Assembly: GCA_045635785.1 (NCBI GenBank)
Contig: JAZTWJ010000100.1
Location: forward strand, 1-49,134
DNA: 49,134 bases
Direction of reading: 5' to 3'
DNA from: Candidatus Flemingiibacterium sp.
GTDB lineage: Bacteria; Bacillota; Clostridia; Oscillospirales; CAG-272
Shown: positions 10,476 to 21,000 of the stretch, piece after piece
How positions within the stretch are numbered: the stretch's first letter is position 1
Layout of the letters: every line of letters begins with the position of its first letter
Position numbers and translations under genes: made by a program
The notes under the pieces: model-generated
Told to the model about the DNA's origin: nothing
Database searches by the model: none
The model's input: only the letters and a program-made list of their open reading frames with translations

Positions 10476-12182
10476 ATGGATATTTCAAAACGCAACTCCG
10501 CGCTGGATATTACACGCATTTTTGCAATGTTCAGCGTGATTTCCATTCACTTTTTCCTAAATAACGGCTTTTATCATGAGGTGGTGAACGGCAAGCGGAT
10601 GTTTGTCATGACCACCATGCGAACCGCTTTCACGGTCTGCGTGCCTCTGTTTATTCTGCTGACGGGCTGCCTTATGTGCAAAAAGACGCTTTCGAAAAGC
10701 TATTATCGCGGCATCGTCAAAACACTTGGCATCTATGTCATTGCCAGCATTGCCTGCATCATCTATAAAAGGTTTGTACTTGGATTTGAATTTTCTATTG
10801 GCACGGCGATGTGGAGTGTTCTCAATTACAGCGGCGCTAACTACGCCTGGTATATTGAGATGTACATCGGACTATTTTTGCTGGCACCTTTTCTGAATGT
10901 GATGTACGGCGGTCTTCCGTCACAAAAAGCGAAGCTTGTCCTTCTTGGAACGCTGATCCTTCTCACCACGCTTCCCAGCGCGGTGAACATCTTCAATTTT
11001 TACACAGAGGAGTGGTGGCAGCGCCCCTATCTTTCCACCGAATATCAGCAGTTTTTGCCCGATTGGTGGACGGTGCTGTATCCCGTCACATATTATTGCA
11101 TCGGTGCATATCTGCGGGAATTCCCCGTGAAAATGAAAAAGTGGTTGAATTTGCTGCTGCTTTTGGCGGCAGTGCTGTTTTTCGGCTGGTTCAATTTTTA
11201 CCGCAGCCGCTTCGGCCCCTTCGCATGGGGAAAATACTGCGATTGGTATGGTTTTCCTACCCTTATTTTGACCACACTGACCTTCATACTCCTCTCCACT
11301 ATCCGCACCGATCGCTGGCATGTGGGTGTCAAAAAGGTGCTGATGCATCTTTCAGACTGGTGCCTTGGCGCATATCTGCTGTCATTCATTTTCGATAACC
11401 TCATCTACGCGGAGCTGAACCGTCATGTACCTGCAATGACCGCTCGTCTGAATTGGTATTTGCCCGTGGTGCTATCGGTGACGGTGCTTTCGCTGGCGGC
11501 ATCTTGCGCGGCGAATTTGCTTTGGCTCGGTCTGTCGAAATTGGCAGAATGCATATTTATCCATATCAAGCGTCAGATGCGGATGTCAAGACCCGTACCC
11601 GTATTGGAAACCGAACGTCTGATTCTGCGCCCGTGGGAAAGAAGCGATGCATCGGATCTGTTTACCTACGCATCCGATCCCGAGGTGGGATCGAACGCGG
11701 GATGGGCACCGCATAAAACGATCGAGGACAGCCTTTTGGCAATCGAGCGCTTCCGCTCGACAAAATACGGACTGATATGGGCGATTGAACACAAGGAAAC
11801 GGGAAAGGTCATCGGCTCTGTCGGATTGCACCGCCGCCGTTACATAGGCATTACGGGGGATCGCATGTTGGGCTATTCCCTCTCGCGGGCATATTGGGGG
11901 CAAGGTCTGATGACCGAGGCAGCGCGCACGGTGGTCGCTTTTGCATTTGAAACGCTGGAGCTTCCGATTTTGGCAGTCTCTCATTTCGACGGCAATGATC
12001 GCTCGCGTCGGGTGATTGAGAAGTTAAACTTCACATTTGTGCGCCACTTTGAAAACTGCTGGCAGAATTGGGACGGCGAAATGAAGAGCGAAAACGTCTA
12101 TACCTTGCGATGCGAAGATACAAAGGCATCCCTGCTGAATAAAGTTCCCGCAAACGGAAATAATCTTTCACGCATGACTTGA
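10476..12182 (+). CDS. Membrane acyltransferase-3 domain fused to a RimJ/RimL-type GNAT acetyltransferase
   Basis: N-terminal [10 protein letters not shown]...[11 protein letters not shown] and AWYIEMY with many TM helices; C-terminal [39 protein letters not shown] before ATG 10476. Confidence 0.8.
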   Translation: MDISKRNSALDITRIFAMFSVISIHFFLNNGFYHEVVNGKRMFVMTTMRTAFTVCVPLFILLTGCLMCKKTLSKSYYRGIVKTLGIYVIASIACIIYKRFVLGFEFSIGTAMWSVLNYSGANYAWYIEMYIGLFLLAPFLNVMYGGLPSQKAKLVLLGTLILLTTLPSAVNIFNFYTEEWWQRPYLSTEYQQFLPDWWTVLYPVTYYCIGAYLREFPVKMKKWLNLLLLLAAVLFFGWFNFYRSRFGPFAWGKYCDWYGFPTLILTTLTFILLSTIRTDRWHVGVKKVLMHLSDWCLGAYLLSFIFDNLIYAELNRHVPAMTARLNWYLPVVLSVTVLSLAASCAANLLWLGLSKLAECIFIHIKRQMRMSRPVPVLETERLILRPWERSDASDLFTYASDPEVGSNAGWAPHKTIEDSLLAIERFRSTKYGLIWAIEHKETGKVIGSVGLHRRRYIGITGDRMLGYSLSRAYWGQGLMTEAARTVVAFAFETLELPILAVSHFDGNDRSRRVIEKLNFTFVRHFENCWQNWDGEMKSENVYTLRCEDTKASLLNKVPANGNNLSRMT

Positions 12183-12207
12183 TTTGTTCAAGATTTTGTG
12201 GTATAAT
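12179..12207 (+). promoter_or_regulatory. sigmaA promoter for smpB-ssrA
   Basis: TTGATT - 17 nt - TATAAT with an extended TG. Confidence 0.65.
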
Positions 12208-12238
12208 AATAGAACCGATCATGGAAGGAGATGACGAC

Positions 12239-12715
12239 ATGGCGGAAAAATCCGGGACAAAGCTGATCGCTCCCAATAAAAAAGCGCGCCATGATTATTT
12301 CGTCATGGAGAGCTATGAAGCCGGTATTGAGCTGTTCGGCACGGAGGTCAAATCCATCCGACGCGGACAGGTCAATCTCAAGGATTCTTACTGCTTTATC
12401 GACAAGGGCGAGCTGTTTGCCACAGGCATTCATATCAGCCCCTATGAGCAAGGCAATATTTTCAACAAGGATCCGCTTCGCATCAAACGTCTTTTGATGC
12501 ACAAAAAGGAAATCAATAAACTGCTTGGACTTGTGACACAGCAAGGACTCACACTCGTTCCGCTGTCCATGTATTTCAAAGGCTCCCGCGTGAAGCTTGA
12601 AATCGGACTTTGCAAGGGTAAAAAGCTGTATGACAAGCGTGATTCCGAAGCGAAAAAGCAAGCAGGCCGCGATATTGAGCGTGCCATGAAATCTCGTGGC
12701 AGAGACGATTATTAG
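12239..12715 (+). CDS. smpB: SsrA-binding protein
   Basis: [40 protein letters not shown] before ATG 12239. Confidence 0.98.
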   Translation: MAEKSGTKLIAPNKKARHDYFVMESYEAGIELFGTEVKSIRRGQVNLKDSYCFIDKGELFATGIHISPYEQGNIFNKDPLRIKRLLMHKKEINKLLGLVTQQGLTLVPLSMYFKGSRVKLEIGLCKGKKLYDKRDSEAKKQAGRDIERAMKSRGRDDY

Positions 12716-12753
12716 TTTTTTAATCAAATGCAGTTTAACAACTGCATTCCCAT

Positions 12754-13100
12754 GGGGGCGTAAAGGTTTCGACGGGGATTTTGAACTACAGTAAGCGGGT
12801 AGAGACGCCTGATCTCTAAAAAATTGGCAAATTAAAATTAAACGCTAATCATACTGAATTAGCTGCTGCCTAAGTGCAGCTGTCCGCCGGAGGAGTATCG
12901 CGGCCTCCGCTCGGGCATCATTTAGCGGTGAACGTGAGTAGCCCTTTCGCACTTGAAGCTACCATGCACTAAAGTGCTGCCTTGCATCTGAGCCTGCCCT
13001 TCGGCGCAGACGCGAGGGAGATTCAAAGGATGGGATGCACCCGGAGAAAGCTGTATGGATAGGTTTTCGGACAGGGGTTCGATTCCCCTCGCCTCCACCA
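12754..13100 (+). ncRNA. ssrA: tmRNA; tag reading frame (A)ANHTELAAA* at 12844-12873
   Basis: 5' GGGGGCGTAAAGGTTTCGAC, 3' T-arm GGGGTTCGATTCCCC and CGCCTCCACCA; 7-bp acceptor stem with G3.U; immediately after smpB. Confidence 0.97.
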
Positions 13101-13129
13101 CGTAGTGCATACAAAAAAGATGCACACCG

Positions 13130-13155
13130 AAAAACGCAGGTATTCCTGCGTTTTT
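13130..13155 (+). terminator. Terminator downstream of tmRNA
   Basis: AAAAACGCAGG-TATT-CCTGCGTTTTT. Confidence 0.8.
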
Positions 13156-13189
13156 CTCTTAATTATGATTGGAAATGGGGGCATTGGAT

Positions 13190-14110
13190 ATGGACTTTGA
13201 GAAGAAGTTTAGTTATTTCGATTGGAAAAACGAGTTGAAAGAAACATTCGATTGGTTTGAGCATCTATACGAAAACACTTGGATAAGTTGGGAAGAGTTG
13301 ATTGCCGAGTTCGAAGAAGAGTATTTAGGGATCAACTCGGAATTTCAAGAAGATGAGCGCATGGCGACTTGTATCATATTACCATTAACACAATTTGAAA
13401 TACATAACAATGCACTAACGCCAGAATTGCTGGAAGTTTTTGAATCATATTATGATGCCTATACAGAAGATCTTTTAGAAGACCTGTTTAAGCCGTCTGA
13501 ATATGTAGTTGTTCGTGCTGATTTTATCCAGTGTAATAGCTATAAAAATAAAGAATATCCCAAGAATGATAGGAGAATGTACAAATACAAGCTTTCAAGA
13601 AAAGCGACCCAAAAGAAAAGTATTCAGAAAACATTCTCTGAAATTCCATTAAACACACACTATTGTTCGCTTAAGAAAGAATTTTTTGAGCGCTGTAATC
13701 AGCATTTACAGCGGCAGAAATCCTTACAAGAGTTTAAAAACAAAAGTCACAGAAATGAAAATGTCCTTGCTCGTGTATCTGAAGATGTACTTAATTTTTA
13801 CAACTGTAAAATTTCAGAAAATGGAATGGAACGTCTGGCATTAACAATATCTGCATGCTTGTACGAGCTGTCTCATAAGATAATAACTCGTGCCACATTA
13901 CAGCCTATTGTTTGGATGGTAGAATCATTTGAGAACGAACGGTACAGTCGTTTACTAAAAAAGCAAGATTATATTGCAATCAGAAAAGACATTGATGAAA
14001 TAAGAAGAAGTTTAACGTTATTAACAAATGTTTCGACTTTAGAAGAACTATATAAAAAAATGTGTGGATTCAATCAAACCGAGGAAATTAAATTTATCGA
14101 GTTCAAATAA
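13190..14110 (+). CDS. AT-rich hypothetical protein with two helical repeats (possibly Imm3-like)
   Basis: Long ORF visibly more AT-rich than the flanking core genes. Two halves share an E-R-x(10-12)-E-[IL]-x-[NH]...[ED]-Y-x-x-[VI]-R-x-D pattern. Confidence 0.7.
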   Translation: MDFEKKFSYFDWKNELKETFDWFEHLYENTWISWEELIAEFEEEYLGINSEFQEDERMATCIILPLTQFEIHNNALTPELLEVFESYYDAYTEDLLEDLFKPSEYVVVRADFIQCNSYKNKEYPKNDRRMYKYKLSRKATQKKSIQKTFSEIPLNTHYCSLKKEFFERCNQHLQRQKSLQEFKNKSHRNENVLARVSEDVLNFYNCKISENGMERLALTISACLYELSHKIITRATLQPIVWMVESFENERYSRLLKKQDYIAIRKDIDEIRRSLTLLTNVSTLEELYKKMCGFNQTEEIKFIEFK

Positions 14111-14887
14111 ACAATTTGCTTTTAAGATTCCAATGCAAAGGCATCTGCATCTTTTTTGTACGGTGTAGCCATTCATTCTCACGTAAAGTGGGAAATCACA
14201 ACAATACGCCACTTAGCAAGCTTTGACTTGCCAGGTGGCGTATTGCGTTTTGGGTTGCCCGTGAGCGTGACCGGGTAAAATTACGGAAAACGGTGGATTT
14301 TGCGTGGGACCCTCTACCGAACCCACGGAAACGTCGCCTAAGGGACGGAAGCAAACGCGGGATACCAAGGCAAGCGAGGGCGAAACATGGACAGGCAAAT
14401 ACCTCGCAAATGCAAGGACACGGCGAGGCGTTATCCGTTATCATTACGGCATTGTGACAGTATGCTTTACGGTTCTACTGGCGGTTTCTGCAATCAATTG
14501 TAAAGTGAAATGCAATACTTGCTTATGTAATTTATAAAATTAAGTTATAAATTATTAGTTAAGGCAGGTGTTGCATTTTGTATTGCAACAACAAAGCCTC
14601 CGGTGATTAAGCAGCGCTGCCATAGTTTTATCTTATTTTGCTATTTGATTTCGAAAACTGTGCGATTACGCTTTTGCCTTGTGTAACAAGGCTTTTTTTG
14701 TGCTGAAAGTATGCGATTTGCTGAAATGATTACTTTTGAGGATGTTGGAGTTCACTTCAATTTCAGTGCACTGTTCTATCTCGCTTATATAAAAATATAT
14801 TGCGTTATGCAGAAATCACATATCAAAGGCATGGGATTCGTTCAAATTGGAGAATGAATTGTCTTGTGAAAAATGTGGACAATTATG

Positions 14888-14916
14888 TTGACAAAAAATG
14901 GTCTTGATGATATAAT
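14888..14916 (+). promoter_or_regulatory. Consensus sigmaA promoter for the VWA/SLH adhesin
   Basis: TTGACA - 17 nt - TATAAT with an extended TG. Confidence 0.85.
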
Positions 14917-15048
14917 TAAAGAGGTATGGCATACGCTACTTTACTCGAACTTTTTACCGAATAAAGCACAAATTGCTATGACTAGTTTATATGTCCGTGA
15001 TGTTATGCCGTGGGGTGGTACGGCAGCGAGGGCGAAAGGAGAAAATTT

Positions 15049-18000
15049 ATGAAAAAAAGAATAGCAGCTATGATTCTGTCAATTCTTATGGTCGTATCGC
15101 TCATCCCGATATCGGCTGTGCCTGTGTCGGCTGATACCCCGGCTGCACTTGCGACGAATGTGATGCAGAATACCAATCTGAGTGACGGCATAGTTATGTC
15201 CAAATATGCACAGCCGCACCTTGTTGACGGTGTCCCCGACGGAACCGTGGATATCACCATAGAGGCGCACACCACGGGCGTTGTCAAGCAGACTCAGACT
15301 GTAACACCAACCGATATCGTGCTGGTGCTTGACCTCTCGGGAAGTATGAATGACCGTCAAAGCTCTACCACAGTAACCACATATACTGAGATATACGCAA
15401 CCGAGACTCATTACAATTGGGGCATATTCGGCGATTACTACCACGCAGGACTTGGCGTCAATGCAACTCGTTACGTCAAGGTCGGCAGCGAGTATGTCAC
15501 TGCCACACGTTCAAATGACGATGCGAACGGTCATGAGGTGTGGTACTACACTTCGAACAACGGACGCGTATACATTTATCCTGCATTTGAAAACCCGAAC
15601 GCTTCGCTTGTTAACGAGCGTGAACACAATTATGCCGTTGTACAGTTCTATAACAGAACGACCTCCACTGTTCAGGGCGAGCAGAAGATAACTCTTATGA
15701 AGAATGCGGTTGATGAATTTATCAACAGCACCGAAGCATATAACGAGTCTGTTGATGTCACCGATATGCACCGTATAGCTATTGTAAAGTTCGGAACAGC
15801 GGCGTATTATAACAATTCCAATCTTATCGCAGAGGGCGACAACCAAAATAACAGAGGTTACAACTATACCCAGGTTGTAAAAGGCTTCACGACTGTTGAT
15901 GAGGATGGTGCCGCCGAACTTATAGACGATGTTGATGACCTTACGCCCGGCGGTGCAACTGCGGTTGACTACGGTATGAACCTTGCACGTCTTCTTTATG
16001 CAAATCAAGATGAAGAAGATGTCCAGGGCAGAAAGAAAGTCGTTATAGTTTTGACCGACGGCTCGCCGACACATAACAGCAACTACGAGGCAAGCGTTGC
16101 AGGCTCTGCAATTAATCACGCTCTCGAGCTTAAAGAAGAGGGCGTTACCATCTATACCATCAGCGTTGAAGAGGACGCTGACGCAACCGAGCTTGGCAGC
16201 GATAACACCAACCAATTCATGCACTATCTGTCGAGCAACTATCCGAGCGCTTCTTATGCTAACAACAGAATCACCGTCGGTACCGGCAGTCCCACAGCAG
16301 GATATTATCTCACGCCGGACGGAACTCAGAGCCTTGACATGATATTTGACAAGATCAGTCAGGAGGTTGGCACTCCCACCATCACTCTGGGTGACGAGGC
16401 TATTCTTGTTGACGAGATATCCGAATATTTCACTATCACAGACGATATCAACAGTGTTAAGGTTGAAACTCTCGAAAGAATTTCCCCGACAGCTTGGGGA
16501 ATACCCGTTGATGTTACCGATACCATGCCTCCTACAGTTATGGACGGAACTGTCACCGTCAGAGGCTTCGATTTTGACTCCAACTACATTTCAAACGAGC
16601 CCCGTATCGTTGACGGCAAGGAATTCTACGGCAAAATGCTCGTGCTCACCATCAACGTTACTCCAGATTACCAAAAGATCGACACTCACGCAGATGAGAT
16701 CGCGGCTGACGGCGGATTTGTTCCAACCAACTACGGTGTCGCCGAGGTTATGAGCGGGACAACTCCCGTTGCAAAGGTTGAGTCACCGACGATTCAGGCT
16801 AATACAGTCACATATGAGGTTGACGGTGGAGAGTACGCAACCTATTATCGCTTCCCTGGCAGCAATCAGACGCTTATTGATGAGCCAACACTGAAGGGAC
16901 ACACCTTCGGCGGCTGGTCAACCACCGATGTAAGCATTGAAAACAACGGATTCGTGATGCCTGCCGATGACATAACGATCGTCGGTGAGTTCACTCCCGT
17001 CACCCGTACGGTATCCTATCAGTACGTCGGTCTTGAAATTCCAAACAGACCAGCTCTCCCTGATTCGCACGATGAGGTTTACGGTGCGACCGTAAAGGTT
17101 GCCGATCAGCCTGCGAAGATTGACGGCTATACCTTCATCGGCTGGTATCCGCAGGATGAGGTGCTCGGTACTTCAAGCCTTACTTCCTTTACGATGCCCG
17201 ACCACGATGTGGTTCTTCTCGGACGCTTTACCCCCGCAAACACCACTTATAAGGTGGAGCATTACACCGAAAATCTTAACGGAACGTTCAAGCTTGAGGA
17301 ATCTGAAACTCTCTCTGAGCTTACAGGCGATAACGTAAGTGCGGTGATAAAGAATTACGAGGGCTTCACCTTCGACGAGGACTATGATGACGGCAAGGGC
17401 AACAAGACCGTTGCTTCGGGCGTTGTCGCTGCAGACGGCAGTCTTGTTCTCACTCTTTACTACATAAGAAACGAATACGAGGTAACCTACGAGTACGTCG
17501 GTACGGTTCCCGCGGCTGCAGAGCCCTCCGAGTCGGAGCTTGCGACCTACGCCGATACTTATAAGTATGGCGAAACAGTTACCATAGAGGACGACGCATC
17601 CGCGCTTGGTTATATCTTTACAGGCTGGTACAGCACCGGCGGAACGGTAACTCCCACCACTCAAAGCTTCACGATGCCAAATCACGCGGTTACTCTTCGT
17701 GGATATTTCACTGCGAGAACCGATGTTGAATATAAGGTTGAGCATTACTTTGAGGACGAAAACGGCGATTATATCATCGACACGACCAAGACTGAAACCT
17801 TTGAGGGTACGACCGGCGAGACAATTACCGCACAGCCTCTTAACATAGCCGGCTATACCAACAATCAAAATCACGCAGATGCTCTTCTCACAGGCGAAGT
17901 CACTGTTGATGATCCCAATACTCAGGAAGATGAGACTCTCATTCTTAAGCTTTACTACGAGAGAATAGCCTATAAGGTAACCTACGGCTACGAGGGATAT

Positions 18001-21000
18001 GTTCCCGGAACGGCAGATCCAGATGCTGTCGGACTTGCGGATTATACCGAGTACGTTAAGTGGGGTACATGGCTTACGGTGAAAGCACCTGCAGAGGACA
18101 GCGCAAACGACTATGAGTTTGTCGGCTGGTACCGCAACAACAGCGCCGGCAAGATACCCACGACCGGCTTTGAGATGCCCATGCACAATGTTGAGCTTCT
18201 TGGACATTTTGAGCACGAGGGCGACCACGAATACAAGATCCATCATTATTTTGAAAACGAGAATGGCGAGTATGTGGAAAACACCGCTGAGCTTGAAACT
18301 CTGCAGGCTCCCGAGGGTGCCGCAGTCAACACAGTTCCGCTTAATGCAGAATATTATACCTTCAAGGCAGATCATGCCGATAACAAGCTTACCGGAAATG
18401 TGATCGACAACGATGAGGGACTTCTTGAGCTCCACGTTTACTACGAGAGAACGTCGTACACCGTAACATATCTGTATGACGGTACCGTACCCTCTGATGC
18501 TGACAGGCTTCCCGAAAAGCAGACCTACAAGTGGGGGCAGGATGTTGATATAGCTGATGCGGCTGAAGCTGACGGTTACACGTTCATCGGCTGGTACCGC
18601 AACAACGACGGTACAAAGACCGTAATAACCGAGCTTGATATGCCGAAGTACAACATTGAGCTTGCCGGCATATTTATGGCAAACACCGATACACCGTATA
18701 CGGTAAAGCACTACCTCGAAACGGCAGTTGACGGCGTATATGAAACCACTCCCTACGAAACGGAGAGCTTCACCGGTACGACCGATACAGAGGTAACCGC
18801 AGCACCTATCGGAATCCCGAGTTACACTTATAACCCCATCAAGAGCCTGGCTACCCGTACCGCGAAGATCGCAGGCGACGGCTCGACAGTGCTTGAGCTT
18901 TACTACGACAGAAACGAATACAGCGTAACTTACGTTTATACAGTTGCTCCCGAAGGTGCGATACTTCCCGTTGATAACGATGCTCACGCTCACGGAACAA
19001 CGGTGACGGTTAAGAATGCCGACGATCTTAGCGGCTACACCTTCAGCGGCTGGAGTGCGGTAGGCGTTACCGTAACCGGCGGTACCAACCTTGGCGGAGG
19101 TGCGTTTACAATGCCGGAACACAACGTGATTTTCACAGGTCATTACGTTGCAAATAATGCTGCATATGCAGTTGAGCATTGGGTAGAGGACGGCGACACA
19201 TATGTGCTTCACGGTACGAGTGATATACGCATTGGTGAAATCGGAGAAAAGGTAACCGCGGTAAATCATGTTATTCACGGTTATTCCTATTCTGCCGACG
19301 TAACAGAGAGCAAGATTCCTGCAGGCAGCGGTATCGTATTTGTAAATCCCGCGAGAACCGTGCTTGAGGGTACTGTCAGTGCAAATGAGATGCTCACCCT
19401 GAAGTTCTACTATACGGCAGACGAATATGGCGTTACTTACGTTATAGACGGTGCAGTACATCCTGCGGATGCCATCGTTCCCGGTGCGGCTGCTTATAAG
19501 TACGGTACCGAGGTCGAGGTTCATGAGGGATACGATATCCCCGGTTATATCTTCAGTGGCTGGTTGACCACAGATGTGACCGTCTCTGGCGATAAGTTTG
19601 ATATGCCTGCAAACGATGTTGCCTTCAGAGGCAGCTTCACCGCGGACACCGTCAACTACAAGATCAAGTATTGGCAGCAGGTGCTTGAGGGTACCGGCAC
19701 CAAGGAGCACAACGGTAAATACTACGATGAGGTTACCGAAGATGAGCTTACGCTGAGTGCCACCACAGGCCATTTGGTAAGTGCATATCCCGATTACATC
19801 AATACCTATGAGGGCTTTACCGCCACTCCGGAGGATAACGATGAATTTTACGGATATGTAACGGCTGACGATCCCGCAACACCCGAGGACGAAACTCTTG
19901 TACTCAACCTGTACTACGATCGCCTGACCTACAACGTGACTTACGTTTACTCGGGCGTTGCTCCCGAGGGCGTGGAGATCCCCGATTCTTACAACAAGAC
20001 CGGCGTAGTATACGGCACGGCCGTTAAGGTTGAGAATAAGCTTGACGCATATGACGGCTTTGAGTTTGACGGCTGGCACTCTACCGAGGTCAACATCACA
20101 GGCGGAGCTGAAAGCTTCACGATGCCGGCAAAGAATGTTATCATCTACGGCTTCCACAACGGCGAATATGAGGTCAGATACTACGTTGATGATGAGCTTT
20201 ATGAAACCTACACCGTGAGCGTCGGTGCAGTACATGATGTTATTGAAGAGCCCGACGGAATGACAGCCTTCCTTGGCTGGGAAAATCCGCTCAATGTAAA
20301 AGAGAACAAGTTCTTCGAAGCTATAGATAACGAGTTTGTTATGCCTTGGTCCGACGTTGAGATATACGGTGAATTTGATACTGTGATTCCTCCCGTTGTT
20401 CTGTTCGGCAAGCTTACGATAAGTAAAGAGGTCGTTGCTCCCGATGACTTTACTGCACCCGAAGAGTACACATTTGACGTTTACAAGGTAAAAGGCGATG
20501 AGCTTGAACTTAAAGATACTGTCGTTCTGAAGGTAGGCGAGAGCGTATCGTTAAAGCTTTCTCCCGGTGACTACCGTGTATCTGAAAGAAAAGCAGATGT
20601 TGAGGGCTATACACTCACCACCGTTTGCAGCGATGAAGACGCTGTTGTTTCCGTAAGAAACATGGAAGAAACCTCAATAAGCTTCACCAACACCTACACC
20701 GAGATAATGCTTGAAAAGGACGATCACTTTGCTTACATCGTCGGTTATCCCGACGGCACCGTTCGTCCTGAGGCGAACATTACCCGTGCGGAGGTTGTAA
20801 CGATCTTCTTCCGTATGCTCACGGACGCCGCGCGTAACCACTATTGGGCGCAGACCAATAAATTTATCGACGTTGTAGCGACCGACTGGTATAACACTGC
20901 GATCTCTACATTGGCAAATGCAGGCGTGCTTGACGGCTACGACGACGGTACGTTCAAACCGAACGATGCTATCACCAGAGCAGAGCTTATCAAGATCGCG

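Larger units (their letters stand above)
13110..14160. repeat. Perfect 15-bp inverted repeat pair (13110-13124 and 14146-14160)
   Basis: TACAAAAAAGATGCA ... TGCATCTTTTTTGTA, bracketing the AT-rich ORF. Confidence 0.85.

Noticed and set aside
13080..13100. Duplicated ssrA 3' end marking the far boundary of an island
   Set aside because: No direct-repeat copy was found in the window, so the island's right boundary is not defined.
14255..14275. Minus-strand GGTCACGCTCACGGGCAACCC, resembling the start of a c-di-GMP-I aptamer
   Set aside because: The GAAA-capped stem and the third stem do not follow.
14196..14537. Short ORFs in the structured block
   Set aside because: No RBS, and the composition is typical of translated non-coding DNA.
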